A DNA stretch of 64,000 nt from Haliotis rufescens (GCF_023055435.1 NW_025963857.1:28892001-28956000); one strand, 5' to 3'; numbered from the stretch's first letter, positions 12,596 to 25,170 are shown. A program made the numbers and translations. The notes: a model not told the origin generated them from the sequence alone.

Positions 12596-14463
12596 TTATT
12601 CAAAGGTAAATACTTTCACGGATTCAGAGCAGCTGACATACAGCAAGCCGTCATCATCCAGACAGATGCCACCAGGACAAAATAGACCATCCCGTGCTGT
12701 GAGAATATCTCTGACAAACTTTCCCGACTCTGTCAGCTGAATCACCTTGTTGGAGCCATTGTCTACAAGCAGGATGTCTCCTTTCTTGGTTGTTGTGATA
12801 CCTCGAGGCCATGTCAGAGCTCTTATTCCTGTGGGAGTGTATGTGAAAACAGTTTTGCCATCCCTTGTCACAGATACCAATGACTTTACTTCTCCTTCAC
12901 TTACTACCACATTGTTATTCCTCATGACATGAATATATAAAGGGTTCATTATAACACCTGTTTTGATGGATTTCAGAACATTCCCTTTCCTATCCAGTAT
13001 GTCAACAGAGGCACGACTCTCAATACCACCTGCCAGAAGTTGTGAAGAGTTCAGGCAGGCTAACCCATAATATTCCGTCTTTGTTTTCACAGTTGACAGT
13101 AATGTAGGTTCTGGGTCAAACTTGATGAAAGCTATTTGTCGTGTGTCTGGCAGAGTAACAGCTGCCTGAGCTCCATCCAGCTTAGCTATTTGAATTAGAG
13201 CAGAAGGTAGCTGGAGACATTTTTTAAAGGATAGTTTGTTTGAAGTATAAAATACACTAAGTCTATCATAATCTAACACCGTAGTTACCTTGATACCATC
13301 AACAGTCATTACTGAAACGTCACTCAAGTCACAGTCTGTGTATCCCTGTCTGCTACAGTCTAGTGTTTGCAGGAGAACAGGAGAAGACGTCCGGTCACTC
13401 AGGCCCTGAACAACCCTGACCTCCCCCAGCTGCACCTCAGCTACATATCTCAATAGCTTGTCTGTGTCATGTGTGAAGATAATACTGGAAGTTATTGGTG
13501 TCTTGTCCTCACTTGTGTCTTCAATTCTGGATACACCCACAGACCCATACATACCATACATGTCTTCTACACAGTTTCCCTCTACGGCTTTGTTTGTGAA
13601 CTCATGCCGCTGCTGATGCAGCTGGAGGTCGATCTCCTGGGACTTTCTGAAGGCTTTCAGTTCTTCTACACGTTTTTCTGTTAGTTTGTCGATGCGCTCC
13701 AGCAATTCCTTTTCTTTTCTCAGAAGAACATCTGTAGCAGCCATGCATACTTTCTGAACTTGGTCTTTCATCACTTGTGCGTTCTTCGATAGCTTTTCAA
13801 TTTCAGAGTTTGTTGATGAAATTACATCATTGTAAGATTTAATTTTATTCTTTTGCGTCCTAGTTTCATTGATCAGAGTTTTCTTTACAAGAGGCGTCAT
13901 GACATCTATGGTTTCAACATCATCACACTTCCTATGTTTGATACTGCAGCATACAGTACAAATTGCCATCCTGCAATCTTTACAAAACAGTTTTACTTTT
14001 TCGTCTTTGTGAATTCGGCACATAAAGCTTGATGCCTTTGGTTTCCTGTTACTATGAGTACGTACATCGATCACTTCATGATCACGTAACAGCGGCATCT
14101 TCTTGTGCATCTTGAGACATCCATCACAGAAGACATCGTCACAAATGGTGCAGTACATTGTTCCTGGAGTTGTCTCCCCATCTTCTTTGCACACGCTACA
14201 AGCCTCAAGATCTGAACAGAAAGCACGGAGTCTTACAAATAATGCAATTGCCAGAAAACATACTCACTTACTATTACTATTAGACATTCATTTTGTATAT
14301 ATACTATGTATAGTTACAAGATTATTCAATCCAACACTTATATAGAAAACTGCATTTTATATCAGTGACAGGACATTAAACCGTTTCATTATTTCCTACC
14401 TGGCGATGCCTCTAAAATGTCCATCAGCCCCTGTATTACTCGGCGTGGTTTGAGCTGGCTCAT
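12596..14463 (-). CDS. TRIM gene copy 2, RING-less: intact B-box/coiled-coil/NHL exon 12596..14211; possible start at in-frame ATG 14463 in the decayed RING exon (559 aa)
   Basis: 532-aa stop-free ORF. Acceptor TTCAG|AT at 14212/14211 and donor CAG|GTAGG at 14400/14399 are retained. In-frame ATGs at 14463 and 14424 (MSQLKPRRVIQGLMDILEASP). The start site is inferred. Confidence 0.7.
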
Positions 14464-14656
14464 CCACTCCTCTACTGGACTGTCAGGGATGTTAACCTTC
14501 GTCAGATGTCCACAGGGGGGACATGGGACGGACTTGGTTTGAATTGCTCCTCAGAGGCCTTACAGAATGTATGTGGTAGGATGGATTATTGAACATCTCT
14601 GCGGACAAAAACACAGGTCAGGTGGTTGTCTGTTAACTTCTTAGCGGTGGCAATTT
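14400..14656 (-). pseudogene. Degenerate RING exon of TRIM copy 2
   Basis: Homologous to the other RING exons (ATAKKLTDNHLTCV ... SVPCPPC ... VEEW). The start codon is ATT at 14654..14652, a frameshift and stop follow LTCV, and deletions remove the central RING ligands. Confidence 0.85.
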
Positions 14657-15709
14657 CTAATGAAAAGACATCATATGATTAAGTTTTGGTTTCAATACGA
14701 GTTTGTCACATTAAACTTTGTTGATGAGAAAATAAACCCTTATTTATTCTCTTTTCTATGCTCTACTTAAGTATCTGTTAATTCTGACTTTTGATACTCA
14801 GGAACCACCATGTTTAAAGTTTTATGCTTACTGTGATCATACCAAAAGAACATCAAATCATGTTGTCAACGTGTGACCTTACCTCAGTGAGTGACACTGT
14901 TCCTCGTCTGTATTTACAACCCAATCTAATTTTGCATGCTGCTTAAAGCGTCTGTCTGTCTGTCTGACTATCTATCTGTCTCTCTCTGAGTTAAGTTATA
15001 CTTGTGAATACTTAAAAAAACACTGTTTTATTTTTGTCTCTTGCAGAACACAATACGTCAGTTACAATATATCAGTGTATTTTGTGCAATATATCATTGC
15101 CTCTTGCTGTCATTGGTACTAAATAATTGTGTCGCTGAAATGCTGGATTTAATATATATCAACTGAAAGAAAGCACCTGATTATATTTTCAAAGAACATT
15201 TTCAGACATGCTTATACGTAGAGCATTTTACATTTAAACGAGTTCTTGTGTCCTATGTGATGTTATGTGGAACAAATAAAGGGACATAACTCTAATCTTG
15301 ATATGCTTAGTCCGCGACCCCAGTAATAACACTATATGCACCGCCACTGCATACATTGTATCTCTGTTCAAGTGGTTTTAGGGTACACAACAATGCCAAA
15401 CCTACAACAATGTTGTTTATATGTTTTGACAAGACCTGATAAACGGCCAGGCAAAAGAAAATTTACATATGAAAAACAATGGATTATCGGAATGTTAATA
15501 GGCTGAAAACAGACGACTAAACACTGCAAACTTAAGGTCGAAAACACAACTGTGACACCCGTATCAAACAAATCACCATCGAATAATTCTTTCTTGTTTG
15601 TTTCCCGTTTAGCCGTCATCAAACATTAGTGCATGCTTGCCCTGCAGTTTAATATATTTCACATGTCACACTTACTTTAACATTCAAGTCACGGCTTATG
15701 AAGTGCAAT

Positions 15710-15955
15710 TTGCCTTGATGTGGACTATCTATCTATGAAATTCTCAACACGATTCAGTGTAGATTGAATGCGAAATAAAAATATTTAAGATATTTTTCGA
15801 CAGTGATCTCGCGTTTTACCTTTACAGATACGGCAACATTGATGAGCACACGGGGTATACAGGGACTCACTTCCTGGTTGAGGCCACCCAACACTGATCA
15901 TGATCACGCCACACGGAGTTTCTAAAGGGGAAGAGGTATGTGATCACGTGACACA
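15710..15955 (-). promoter_or_regulatory. Putative promoter / first exon of copy 2
   Basis: CCAGGAAGTG at 15868-15877, TCACGTGA at 15944-15951, AAG|GTAAAA donor near 15819. The proximal E-box is disrupted. Confidence 0.55.
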
Positions 15956-16567
15956 TGTAACCTGACGTTATCAGTTAAGACCTGTCAATAGCGTTGTCAA
16001 ACTACGGTAGATTATTTATATTGAAATTCCACAAAGATTTATTGCTGTGACCTCGTCACAATATGGCTGAAATATTGCCGATGTGACGTTAAACTTTAAC
16101 TCACTCACTCACTATTATAACCTGTAATTGAAATGTATGTCAAACAAGTGACAAAATAAACATAAATCTTTAATGAACATCTCCGCCTTAGGAACAACTA
16201 AACGATAGACAATGCACAGATGCTAAAATGTTAAATGTAGGAGTGTAAACGACAGTTAAATATAGGACAATAAATGCGAAAGTTGACACAAATGATGTCA
16301 TGTGAGCCCAGATAGAAAGTAAAACAATAATATAAAATGGTAGATACTTTAATAGGGGTCCTTTAAAGTAAAACAGACGAAAGGTGTAGATTATGTGGAT
16401 GATCCAGAGGAAGGGGTTGGTTGGAAGGGGTTGGGATGGGGTGGTCTGGGGGTGGCCAAACTGCATACAAATGGATTATTATTTGATTTTGTTGTTGTTG
16501 CTATGATATAGCCGCAATATCTTTATTGTAAACCCCATAACTCACTCACTCACTCACTCGAGTTTCT

Positions 16568-16864
16568 GGGGGCACGGGTGGCCCAGTCGTCTAAGGCGCC
16601 GCGATTCGCTGTGCAGAGTTGCGTCCCTTGGGCACGCCAGAAACCTATGATTGTGGGTTCGAATACCGGTTCGTCCCGATTATGTTTCTAGTTTTGTCAG
16701 CACCATACCCGTGCTCGTGGGTTTCACCGAAGTGGTAAACGTCTGAGACCTGCATCACTTTGGGCTTTCCTCCCACATTAAGCTGACACGCCGCAATATA
16801 ACTGTAATACTGTTATAAGTGGCGTTAAACCAAACTCACTCACTCACTCACTCACTCACTCACT
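16568..16864 (+). mobile_element. SINE family B (tRNA-Leu/Ser-like head with widely spaced A and B boxes, ACTC tail)
   Basis: GTGGCCCAGTCGTCTAAGGCG ... GGTTCGAATACC. Flanking direct repeat CTCGAGTTTCT. Inserted into the ACTC tail of an older SINE. Confidence 0.88.
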
Positions 16865-17149
16865 CGAGTTTCTCTGTCAACAGATGTAAATGGTAGAGTG
16901 ATCAGCATCTCGCGATACAGGAAATGAGTACTGAGTGGGTATGCTAAGTTCAATTAACTTGTAAGTCACCAGTAGTATGAAGGAACCACTTTATTGACAA
17001 GAGGATACAGTAAAATTATTAATTTTCTAAAAAGAGCAAGATAGACCGGATACTTGAACAACTTCCACTCGTGTTCAACCACATGATGCATAAACCTGAT
17101 CACCAATTCTAAATGTGTAAACAAACTGTTTTCAGGGAATATCTTAAAG

Positions 17150-18305
17150 GAAGTACATAGTGTAACATCAACATAGCAATATATCGGTCCCGAAGAGACG
17201 CAAATGCCGAGAGATATTGGTATGGCGAATATGGGCGCTTCACAGGGCCAACATCCGATGACGGTGCCAGGTACAACAATGCACCGGTACAACCAGAGAG
17301 GACACACCAGGGACAGGCCAAGGAGTGGTTAGACCATGTGTCATGATCCCCCGAGATGACCGCTATCTGTGACCTTTGTATCTTCGCAACCGTTTCCTGA
17401 CGGTGAGTTTTAGGCCGCAGCATCAGCCAATACACTGTGACAAGAAGACAACGTGCTGCTGGGATTCGGGCCTACCTTACGGTGGCATGACCCCGACCCA
17501 GTCGATGGCAGCGACGTGATTGGCAGAGGATGCTCGTCAATGATGAGTTAGATCCACCTGTTCAATGCAGATGGAAGAATCCGGGCGTACCGACGAAGAG
17601 GAGAGAGATCAGCTACAGGATGCGTCCAGGAGGAACAGTCCTTTAGTAGGGGAAGCATTATGGTCTGGGGAGATATGCAGTGATATGAAAACATGTCTTG
17701 TTATCCATGGAAACTTAAATGCCCAGAGCTACATGGATGAAATCCTTCAACCTGTTCTCACCCCCCTTCTCCGCCAGCAGTTTCAGGGTGTTTGTTCCAG
17801 CAATATCATGCTAAGACCATACTGCCCTTCTGACGCAAGATTCCTGGTAATCACGATCTTGGATCCTGACCGGTTTTGCCTTGGCCAGCCCACTCACCGG
17901 ATCCATCGACAATTGAACACCACTTGGACCCCTTTGACAGGCAGGTCAGAGAATAGCTCCAGCATCCCACAGCTATGATTGAGCTTGAACGAGTCCCAGT
18001 GGTAAATAGAAGCCAGATCCAAAATGACAAATGTCGGCAATGAGACGGTGGATGTTTGCCTATCCACTCTTGGATTAATGAACTCGCTAGATTATTTCAC
18101 ATGTAAATTCACTTTATGACCCCTCAGTTGTTTACATGCCTTGGACGTTTCTGTATGTAACGTCATCTTGGTTGTTTTCTTTATCACGTTCTCACACAAT
18201 ATTTAGATTATTGTTCAAATATACTGTACATTGTTACCATACGTGTTTTGCTTCATTTTCTTGCCATTTTAGATGATACTTGGTTTCTTTTGTTCGTCAT
18301 TTTAT
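17150..18305 (+). mobile_element. Degenerate Tc1-like transposon
   Basis: Broken frames read RPRV..DDRYL..LRNRF, W+RMLVNDE, GNLNAQSYMDEILQP, WPAHSPDPSTIEHHLD. Boundaries are approximate. Confidence 0.8.
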
Positions 18306-18309
18306 ATAT

Positions 18310-18425
18310 GTAGTGGTTCCCGGGTTTGATCCCCCAAATTGGTACACTGTGTTTAGCCCATTTCTGTTGTCCCTACCCGTGACATTGCTGGAATATTGCT
18401 AAAAACGCCGTAAAACCACACTCAG
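18310..18425 (+). mobile_element. Head-deleted SINE family A (same insertion duplicated at ~26075-26190, ~34278-34395, ~59334-59450)
   Basis: GTAGTGGTTCCCGGG.T.GAT.CCC..GCTGGAATATTGCTAAAAAC with identical flanks in four units. Confidence 0.8.
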
Positions 18426-18712
18426 TCTTTGATACCAGAGATACATTAAATGGAGGGGAACAATGAACTTTTCTTGAAAACTAAATTCCCCAATATATAC
18501 CGTTTTGTTAATTAAATCTGGCAAAGAATCGGCATTCAATATATTATAATTTCATACTTTGAAGTTTACACTGTTTCTTTCATGCTGACTGGCTGAAGGG
18601 GTAGTCACGTGATCTGATATTTGGAGTTCACAAATCTGTGAAAGGACAAAAAAATTGACACGATGTGAACATTTTTGTGTGAAATTGATCGTGTGAACTT
18701 TTGCCGGAACTA

Positions 18713-19776
18713 CGAGGGCCATTCAATATATAACCAGCCTGAGCTATTTATCAGATCTTAACGGTTGCATGTTTGTCACGTGCTGTGCACCAATGTATGT
18801 CACGTGCATAGACAAAGTTTCACTGAGGAAATTGTATTTGAAGTCACACACGTGATCTATAAAGATGGCAAGGGTAGATTCTGCCAAATTTTCGTCAAAG
18901 GTTGAATACAGGGCTGTTATTAGGTGCCTCTACTTAAAAGGGAAACCGGGAAAGGAGATACATGATGAATTGTCAGATGTTTATGGTGACAGTGCACCTT
19001 CGTATGCACAGGTCAAATTCTGGGTTGTAGACTTTAAGAGGGGTCGGGTGAACCTGGAAGATGAGCCACGCCCTGGCAGGTCTGTAGAGGTGACCAATGA
19101 CCAAACCAATGAAGCTGTGAGACAACTGGTTGTCAAAGACAGGCGAATTAAGGTGTCAGAAATGGCCAAGGCCTTGGACATTTCAGAAGGAAGTGTCCAT
19201 ACAATTTTTCATGATCGTCTGGGTATGAGGAAGGTGTCTGCCCGATGGGTCCCGAAATGTCCGAGTGATGATCAGAAGCGTCAATGTGTCAGGCACGTTT
19301 GACGCAATGCAGTCGGGATGCAGACAACTTTATGGAGAGTACTACTCCGATCTCCTGGACCGTTTGCGGACTGTTATTCTTGCCAAACGTCGTGGAAAGA
19401 TCACAAAAGGTGTGCTGCTCCAACATGATAATGCCAGAGTGCACACCTGTCGACTTGCGGTTGCCGCAGTGAAGCGAAGGGGTTCAAAGTATTGCCTGAT
19501 CCACCTTACTCACCAGACCTGGCACCAAGCGACTACTTTCTCTTCCCAAACTTAGAGAAAGAACTGGCGGACGTCATTTCCGGTCCGTGGATGAACTCAC
19601 GACAGCAGTGGAGGGGTGGTTACACGAACAACCCCATGGTTTCTATCACAACGGGCTTTTAGCTCTCACACATTGCTGGACAAAGTGCATAGACCTCAAT
19701 GGTGATTATTTGGAAAAAGAAGAAGTGAGGAGCAGTAGCAAATAGGTGAGGCTGGTTATATAATGAATGGCCCTCG
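18713..19776 (+). mobile_element. Mariner DNA transposon, internally deleted and frameshifted
   Basis: Inverted repeats CGAGGGCCATTCA.TATATAACCAGCCT at both ends, with TA at 18711-12. Transposase N-terminus 18865..19302 (HTH, ARWVPK), LLQHDNARVH, and PPYSPDLAPSDYFLFP near 19502. The region with the first catalytic D is missing. Confidence 0.93.
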
Positions 19777-21048
19777 TTCTTTCCGGGGGTTCCCCGAATT
19801 CTCGTTCGGTGTTTACGATCAACTCGTTTTTCTATTTTCTTTTTAATACCTGTATTTATCAGCAATATAATTAATTTAGTATTTTTGCCTGGTCTTGTAA
19901 CATTTCATTTGACTTATAAATAAAGAAATGCTTTGGTTCTGGTGATTGATGTCGTCTAGCTGCTTGATGAAACAAAATGGATTGTCCTTGCGGTGATTTG
20001 GATATGGAATGGCTATCTTTCAATACTGATTACGCAAGTGAAGAAAATTAATTCTGTAAAATTACTGAACGAAATTGATTTATTGAGCGATATTGACTTT
20101 GATGCTTTGTTTTCGGAAAAGGCAGAAATCTAGCACAAATGAAAACAATGTCGTTCCCTGCTCAGATGTGGCCGCTGACACAGAGCAAACGCGATTGCTC
20201 CTGATCAATCCCAAACTAAAATCCGATTTACTATCGTATCGTGGAAAAAGATCTAAGATTTTGAGAAACCATAAAACATAAAAAAGGTAAGGAAAGGAAC
20301 TCAAATTTAAAAAAAACAAACACTTGCCTACCTGTTTTATCGATTGGTCATCGGAGATGAGAAAATATCTGTAGACGGAATTAGAAATCTACTATTCCGG
20401 TTTCTGAGTTGGCCGACCTTCTCCGTGCGTTCTCGGCCGAGAAGCGGCGGCACATGAGGAGTGACGGGGCACAGAAATGAAGCTGGCATCAGGTCATACA
20501 GTAGGTCCATCTCAGGTGACAAGAAACACCAGCTAAGCAAAGTATTACAGCACACACGACAAAACTCCAAATATAACACACCCTGACGTTGAGAATTAAC
20601 ACAAAACACACACGTTTCAGAGCACTCGGTTCAATCCCCACCAGTCCATTCCGCATCGTCCGAATCGGTTTGCGATTATCCAAACACAAGCCACACATTC
20701 ATAATCGGGGATATTCCCAATTTGCTCGGGGTTTACTGGTCGCGGTGTTTTCCATAACTACTCCATAAACGTCACTTTCAACAGCAGAAAGTATAAATTT
20801 CATCCTCATGTTCCCGTTCGACTCGAAATGCACCTCTTTACAAACTTATGTGACGTCATATATAAATCCGGTTGATCGGTGCATCGAGGTCATGTTTATA
20901 TTTTTGTTCAACTTCATGTAACCTATTTTTAAGCTTTGATTTATCCCAAATATTGTTTGTAAATTTGTTCAGAGAATGAAATTATGTTGACATATTTCTA
21001 GATTATGACAACGGTTTCTACCTAGTATTACGCCTTACTTTGACGTTA

Positions 21049-21214
21049 GGGGCGGTCGGGTAGCCACGTGGTTATAGTGTTCGCTCGCCACGCCGAAGAC
21101 CCGGGTTCGATTCCCGACATGGCTACAATGTGTGAAGCCCATTTCTGGTGTCTCCCGCCGTGATATTGCTGGAATATTGCTAAAATCGGCGTAAAACTAT
21201 ACTCACTCACTCAC
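21049..21214 (+). mobile_element. SINE family A
   Basis: Full copy with TSD TACTTTGAC(G/A)TTA. Empty sites are visible in the paralogous units near 26430, 34625 and 59665. Confidence 0.92.
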
Positions 21215-22285
21215 TACTTTGACATTATGTAAACGGGTGCAAATTTCAAATAATAAAGATACATTGTAAACCGAAATCAGTTTTGTCGTCACCATGTGTA
21301 TATTGGCCATGGAGGTTATGAATCAAAGCTAATTATTTGTTTCCAGAATGACAAGGAACAAATAAATTCAGCGATCAAGGTAAACGTCCATTATACTCCT
21401 TCAGCACATAGTTTCTCCCCACACAACATACCTGTGTATGTATCCGACATGAATGAAGACGCTACACCTCAAGCAGCGACGTCTGTTACATATCAAAGTA
21501 GTGTGTAGAAATAGACATAGCGTTTAGGCATCATTTGTAAACACTTCATTAACCCTCTGTAAATAAATGCGACTAAACCAATTCATAATCATAATGATCA
21601 GTCCACTGTTCGGAAACACTTTCGGCCGCCTCCGTGGTCTAGTGGCCAGTGTCCGCCCGGAGAGAGGAAGGTTCGGGGTACGACCTCCGGATGTGTCATA
21701 CTAAAAGACGTCAAAAGATGTACTTATTGTTGCCCTGCCTGGCGCTCTGCTTAGAAAGAAGGAAGATAGCCTGGAATTATGGAACAAAGAAACTACGCTG
21801 TTATATGGAATAATCAGTTTTAAAACTCAACTATATTTCTCAAGTCAACACCAACACATTTACTAGTTCTTCCATAGTTACGTCCCTTATACAGGCCACA
21901 TCCCGAATCCCGGTTCGCCCAGATTTCTTGTTGTCTTGGTTTGTCAGCACGATATCTGTGCTCCAGTCTCATTTCGTGCTTTCCTCGCTGCGGCATGGTA
22001 TCTCAGTGAGCTAGCACTATAAATCGTCATATGTCCGGACTAGTACAAGCAGCCGCACACACACACACCCACCCACACCCACACCCACACCCACCGATCG
22101 GTATACCTTCTTTTGTCCCTCTGATTATTATTCATCCCAGCTAAGCGTACACAAAAGTGTACAGCGTTGACGCATTTTACTCTCAATTCTTCAAAATAAC
22201 ATATCATTACAACCATTTTATCACTTTCAAGTGTGATTTTGTCTTCCAAATGCGAACCTCTGGACAGATTGAATAACTATCGCAG

Positions 22286-22594
22286 GCAATATAGCAACGT
22301 ACATGCACGTATGTGTGTGTCTGCTTGTAATAGTCCGGACTGATGCCGATATATAGTGATAGCTCACTGAGATACCATGCCGCAGTTAAACATGAATACT
22401 CCACTCAGACAAAGTATACTGACTCCGAGCCGATCAGTCCTTGTTGTATATTTAGCCCCTTAATGTCGAGCGCCAGGCAGGGTAACAAGAAGTACTATCT
22501 TTTAACGTCGTTTGGTATAACGCGGCCGGGGATCGAATCCCGGACCTTCCGCTCTCCGGGCGGTCACTCTACCACTAGACCACGGAACCGGTCC
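22286..22594 (-). mobile_element. SINE family D downstream of copy 3
   Basis: Same insertion; tail deleted. Confidence 0.85.
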
Positions 22595-22825
22595 TATCGC
22601 AGGAGTCATGTGTAGGGATCGTGTGAAGCGATGTTGAAACAATCAGATGCAAGTGTACCTGTCCACCACTCCCTGTGTGTTCTCAACCCATCTAAAAACA
22701 CACGTGAAACACACAGTCGTTGTCCCCAAAAGTATTTCACTCCCATGTCCGGTTCATTCAGCACAGATTTACAAGCAGTTTGGAGATTTGCAATCAGTTA
22801 GGTCTTGTATACAGCGTATGTGTGG

Positions 22826-24285
22826 CTCTATTTCAGTCAATCCTTCACAAAGGCGGATACTTTCACATGTTACAGTAAGAAGGTTCAGGGTTAAAGTTGA
22901 TGAAAGCTATTTGTAGTGTGTCTGGCAGAGCTGCATGAGCTTCGCCCACCTTAGCAAGTCGCCTTGGACAACCTTGACCTCCCCCAGCTGCACCTCATCT
23001 ACAGATCTCCTCAGTTTATCTGTGTCATGTGTGAAGACAATGGTGGATGGTATTGGTCTCTTGTCCTCACTTGTGTCCTTATCTCTGGGTGCTACGGTCA
23101 TAGTCTCATATATATCATACATGTCTGCTACACAGTGTGACGTCACGGCTTTGTCTATGAACCCATGCCGCTGCTGATGTATCTGGAGGTCAATCTCCTG
23201 GGACATTATGTAGCCTTTCAATTCTTCTACACGTGTCTCAGTGAGTTGGTCGATACGGTCCAGCAGTTTCTTTTCTTTTCTCAGAAGAACATCTACAGCT
23301 GCCATGCGTACTTTCTGAACTTGGTCTTTCATCTCCTGTGCGTTCGTCGATAGCTTTTCAATTTTCGAATTTGTTGAAGAAATATTATCAGTGTAAGTTT
23401 CAATTTTTTTCTCTTGGTTTCTAGTTTCAGTTATCAGACTTTCTTTTACAAGAGACGTCATTGTATCTATGGTTTCAACATCATCACACTTCCTGTGTTT
23501 GATACTGCAGCATACAGTACAAATTGCCATCCTGCAATCTTTACAAAACAGTTTTATCTTTTCATCTTTGTGAATTCTGCACATAAAGCGCTGTACCTTT
23601 GGTTTCCTGTTACTATGGATACGTAAGTCAATCACTTCATGGTCACGTGACAGCGGCATCTTCTTGTGTAACTTGAGACATCCATCACAAAAGACATCGT
23701 CACAAATGGTGCACCACACAGTGCCTGGAGTTGTCTCCCCATCTTCTTTGCACACGCTACAGGTATCTAAACATAAAGCACAGCGTGTCACAAATGATGC
23801 CATTTCTAGAAAACACAACCACATACTACAACTTTGAATACAAATTTTGAATGCACACGCGCCATAGTTGCCAGATGTTTAAATGTCAATATAAACCAGC
23901 TCACTTCGAACTCAATCCTGCTCACTTTAATAAATATAAAACTGCATTTCCAATACCTTGGTGTGCAAGACATGAAAACGTTTTAAATTTCCCTACCTGA
24001 CGATTCCCCAAAGTCGTCCATCAGCCCCTGTATCACATGACTTGGTTTCAGCTGACTGACCCACTCCACTACTGGACTGTCAGGGTTGGCCACCTTTGTC
24101 AGTTGTCTACAGGAGGGACATGGAATAGACTTGGCTTGAATTGCTTCAGGCTGTGTTTTGGTGTATTTCAGAAGACAGGACTTACAGAAAGTGTGATTAC
24201 ACTGAAGTGTGGCAGGGTCTGTGAACACCCCTGTACAGATGACACAGCTCAGATGGTTGTCCGTCAATTTCTTTGCGGTGGCCAT
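22826..24285 (-). pseudogene. TRIM gene copy 3: RING/B-box/coiled coil intact, propeller largely deleted; join(23997..24285, 22907..23766) = 382 aa truncated product
   Basis: Donor CAG|GTAGG at 23997 and acceptor TTTAG|AT at 23766. After GEVKVV the sequence jumps out of frame to the RRLAKVG..LPDT..IAFINFNPEPS blade, then to the terminal HVKV..FVKD segment, so there are at least two large internal deletions. Confidence 0.85.
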
Positions 24286-24919
24286 TTCTGAGGGAAAGAA
24301 ATCGTCAGACTTAGCTATGTCTTCAGTACGAGTTTATTTCCCATACATTTGATGACTGTGACATTGATACTCATGACACTCCATGGCTTAAGTTTTANNN
24401 NNNNNNNNNNNNNNNNNNNNNNNNNNNNNNNNNNNNNNNNNNNNNNNNNNNNNNNNNNNNNNNNNNNNNNNNNNNNNNNNNNNNNNNNNNNNNNNNNNNN
24501 NNNNNNNNNNNNNNNNNNNNNNNNNNNNNNNNNNNNNNNNNNNNNNNNNNNNNNNNNNNNNNNNNNNNNNNNNNNNNNNNNNNNNNNNNNNNNNNNNNNN
24601 NNNNNNNNNNNNNNNNATATACACACACCATTTTGATTCCATGTTCAGCTACGGGTCCTGTGTCCAGTACAATGGTCTTCTGATAAAGGGGCATAACTCG
24701 AATATTCATATACAAATTTGCGACGCCAGTATAAACACTGCCACCACTGCATAACTGTGTTCACGCTTGGATTCTTGAAACAAACACGTGCGACATATGG
24801 TAACGTCGTTTTGAAGACACCTAACTGTACATTCAACATATGTTAACATGTTACACTTATTTCAACCTGCAAGTCAGGACTCGAGGAATGTTCAAGCTGC
24901 TTTCGTTATTGAAGTTCAA

Positions 24920-25170
24920 TTTACCTTGATGTCGATTATATTTCAAATATATGAGTGGTTTTAACACGAGTCTGTGTGCAAATTCGAAAACAACTTATTC
25001 CAGTTACATTTAAACATACATATATTGTGTTACCTTTACAGATACCGCAACTTGGACGAGCACCCGGGGTAGACTGTTTTTCACTTCCTGGTTGTTGCCT
25101 TAGCCACACTGATGATCACGTGACATGTTCAAGCCATCGGGGAGAATGAATGTGATCACATGACACGCGA
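24920..25170 (-). promoter_or_regulatory. Putative promoter / first exon of copy 3
   Basis: ETS motif 25082-25091, TCACGTGA at 25116, TCACATGA at 25156. Confidence 0.55.

Noticed and set aside
24315-24715. ORFs with long X runs (also at 27.1, 32.3, 32.9, 35.6, 41.2, 45.0, 57.5 and 60.9 kb)
   Set aside because: Artefacts of N gaps, mostly at microsatellites.
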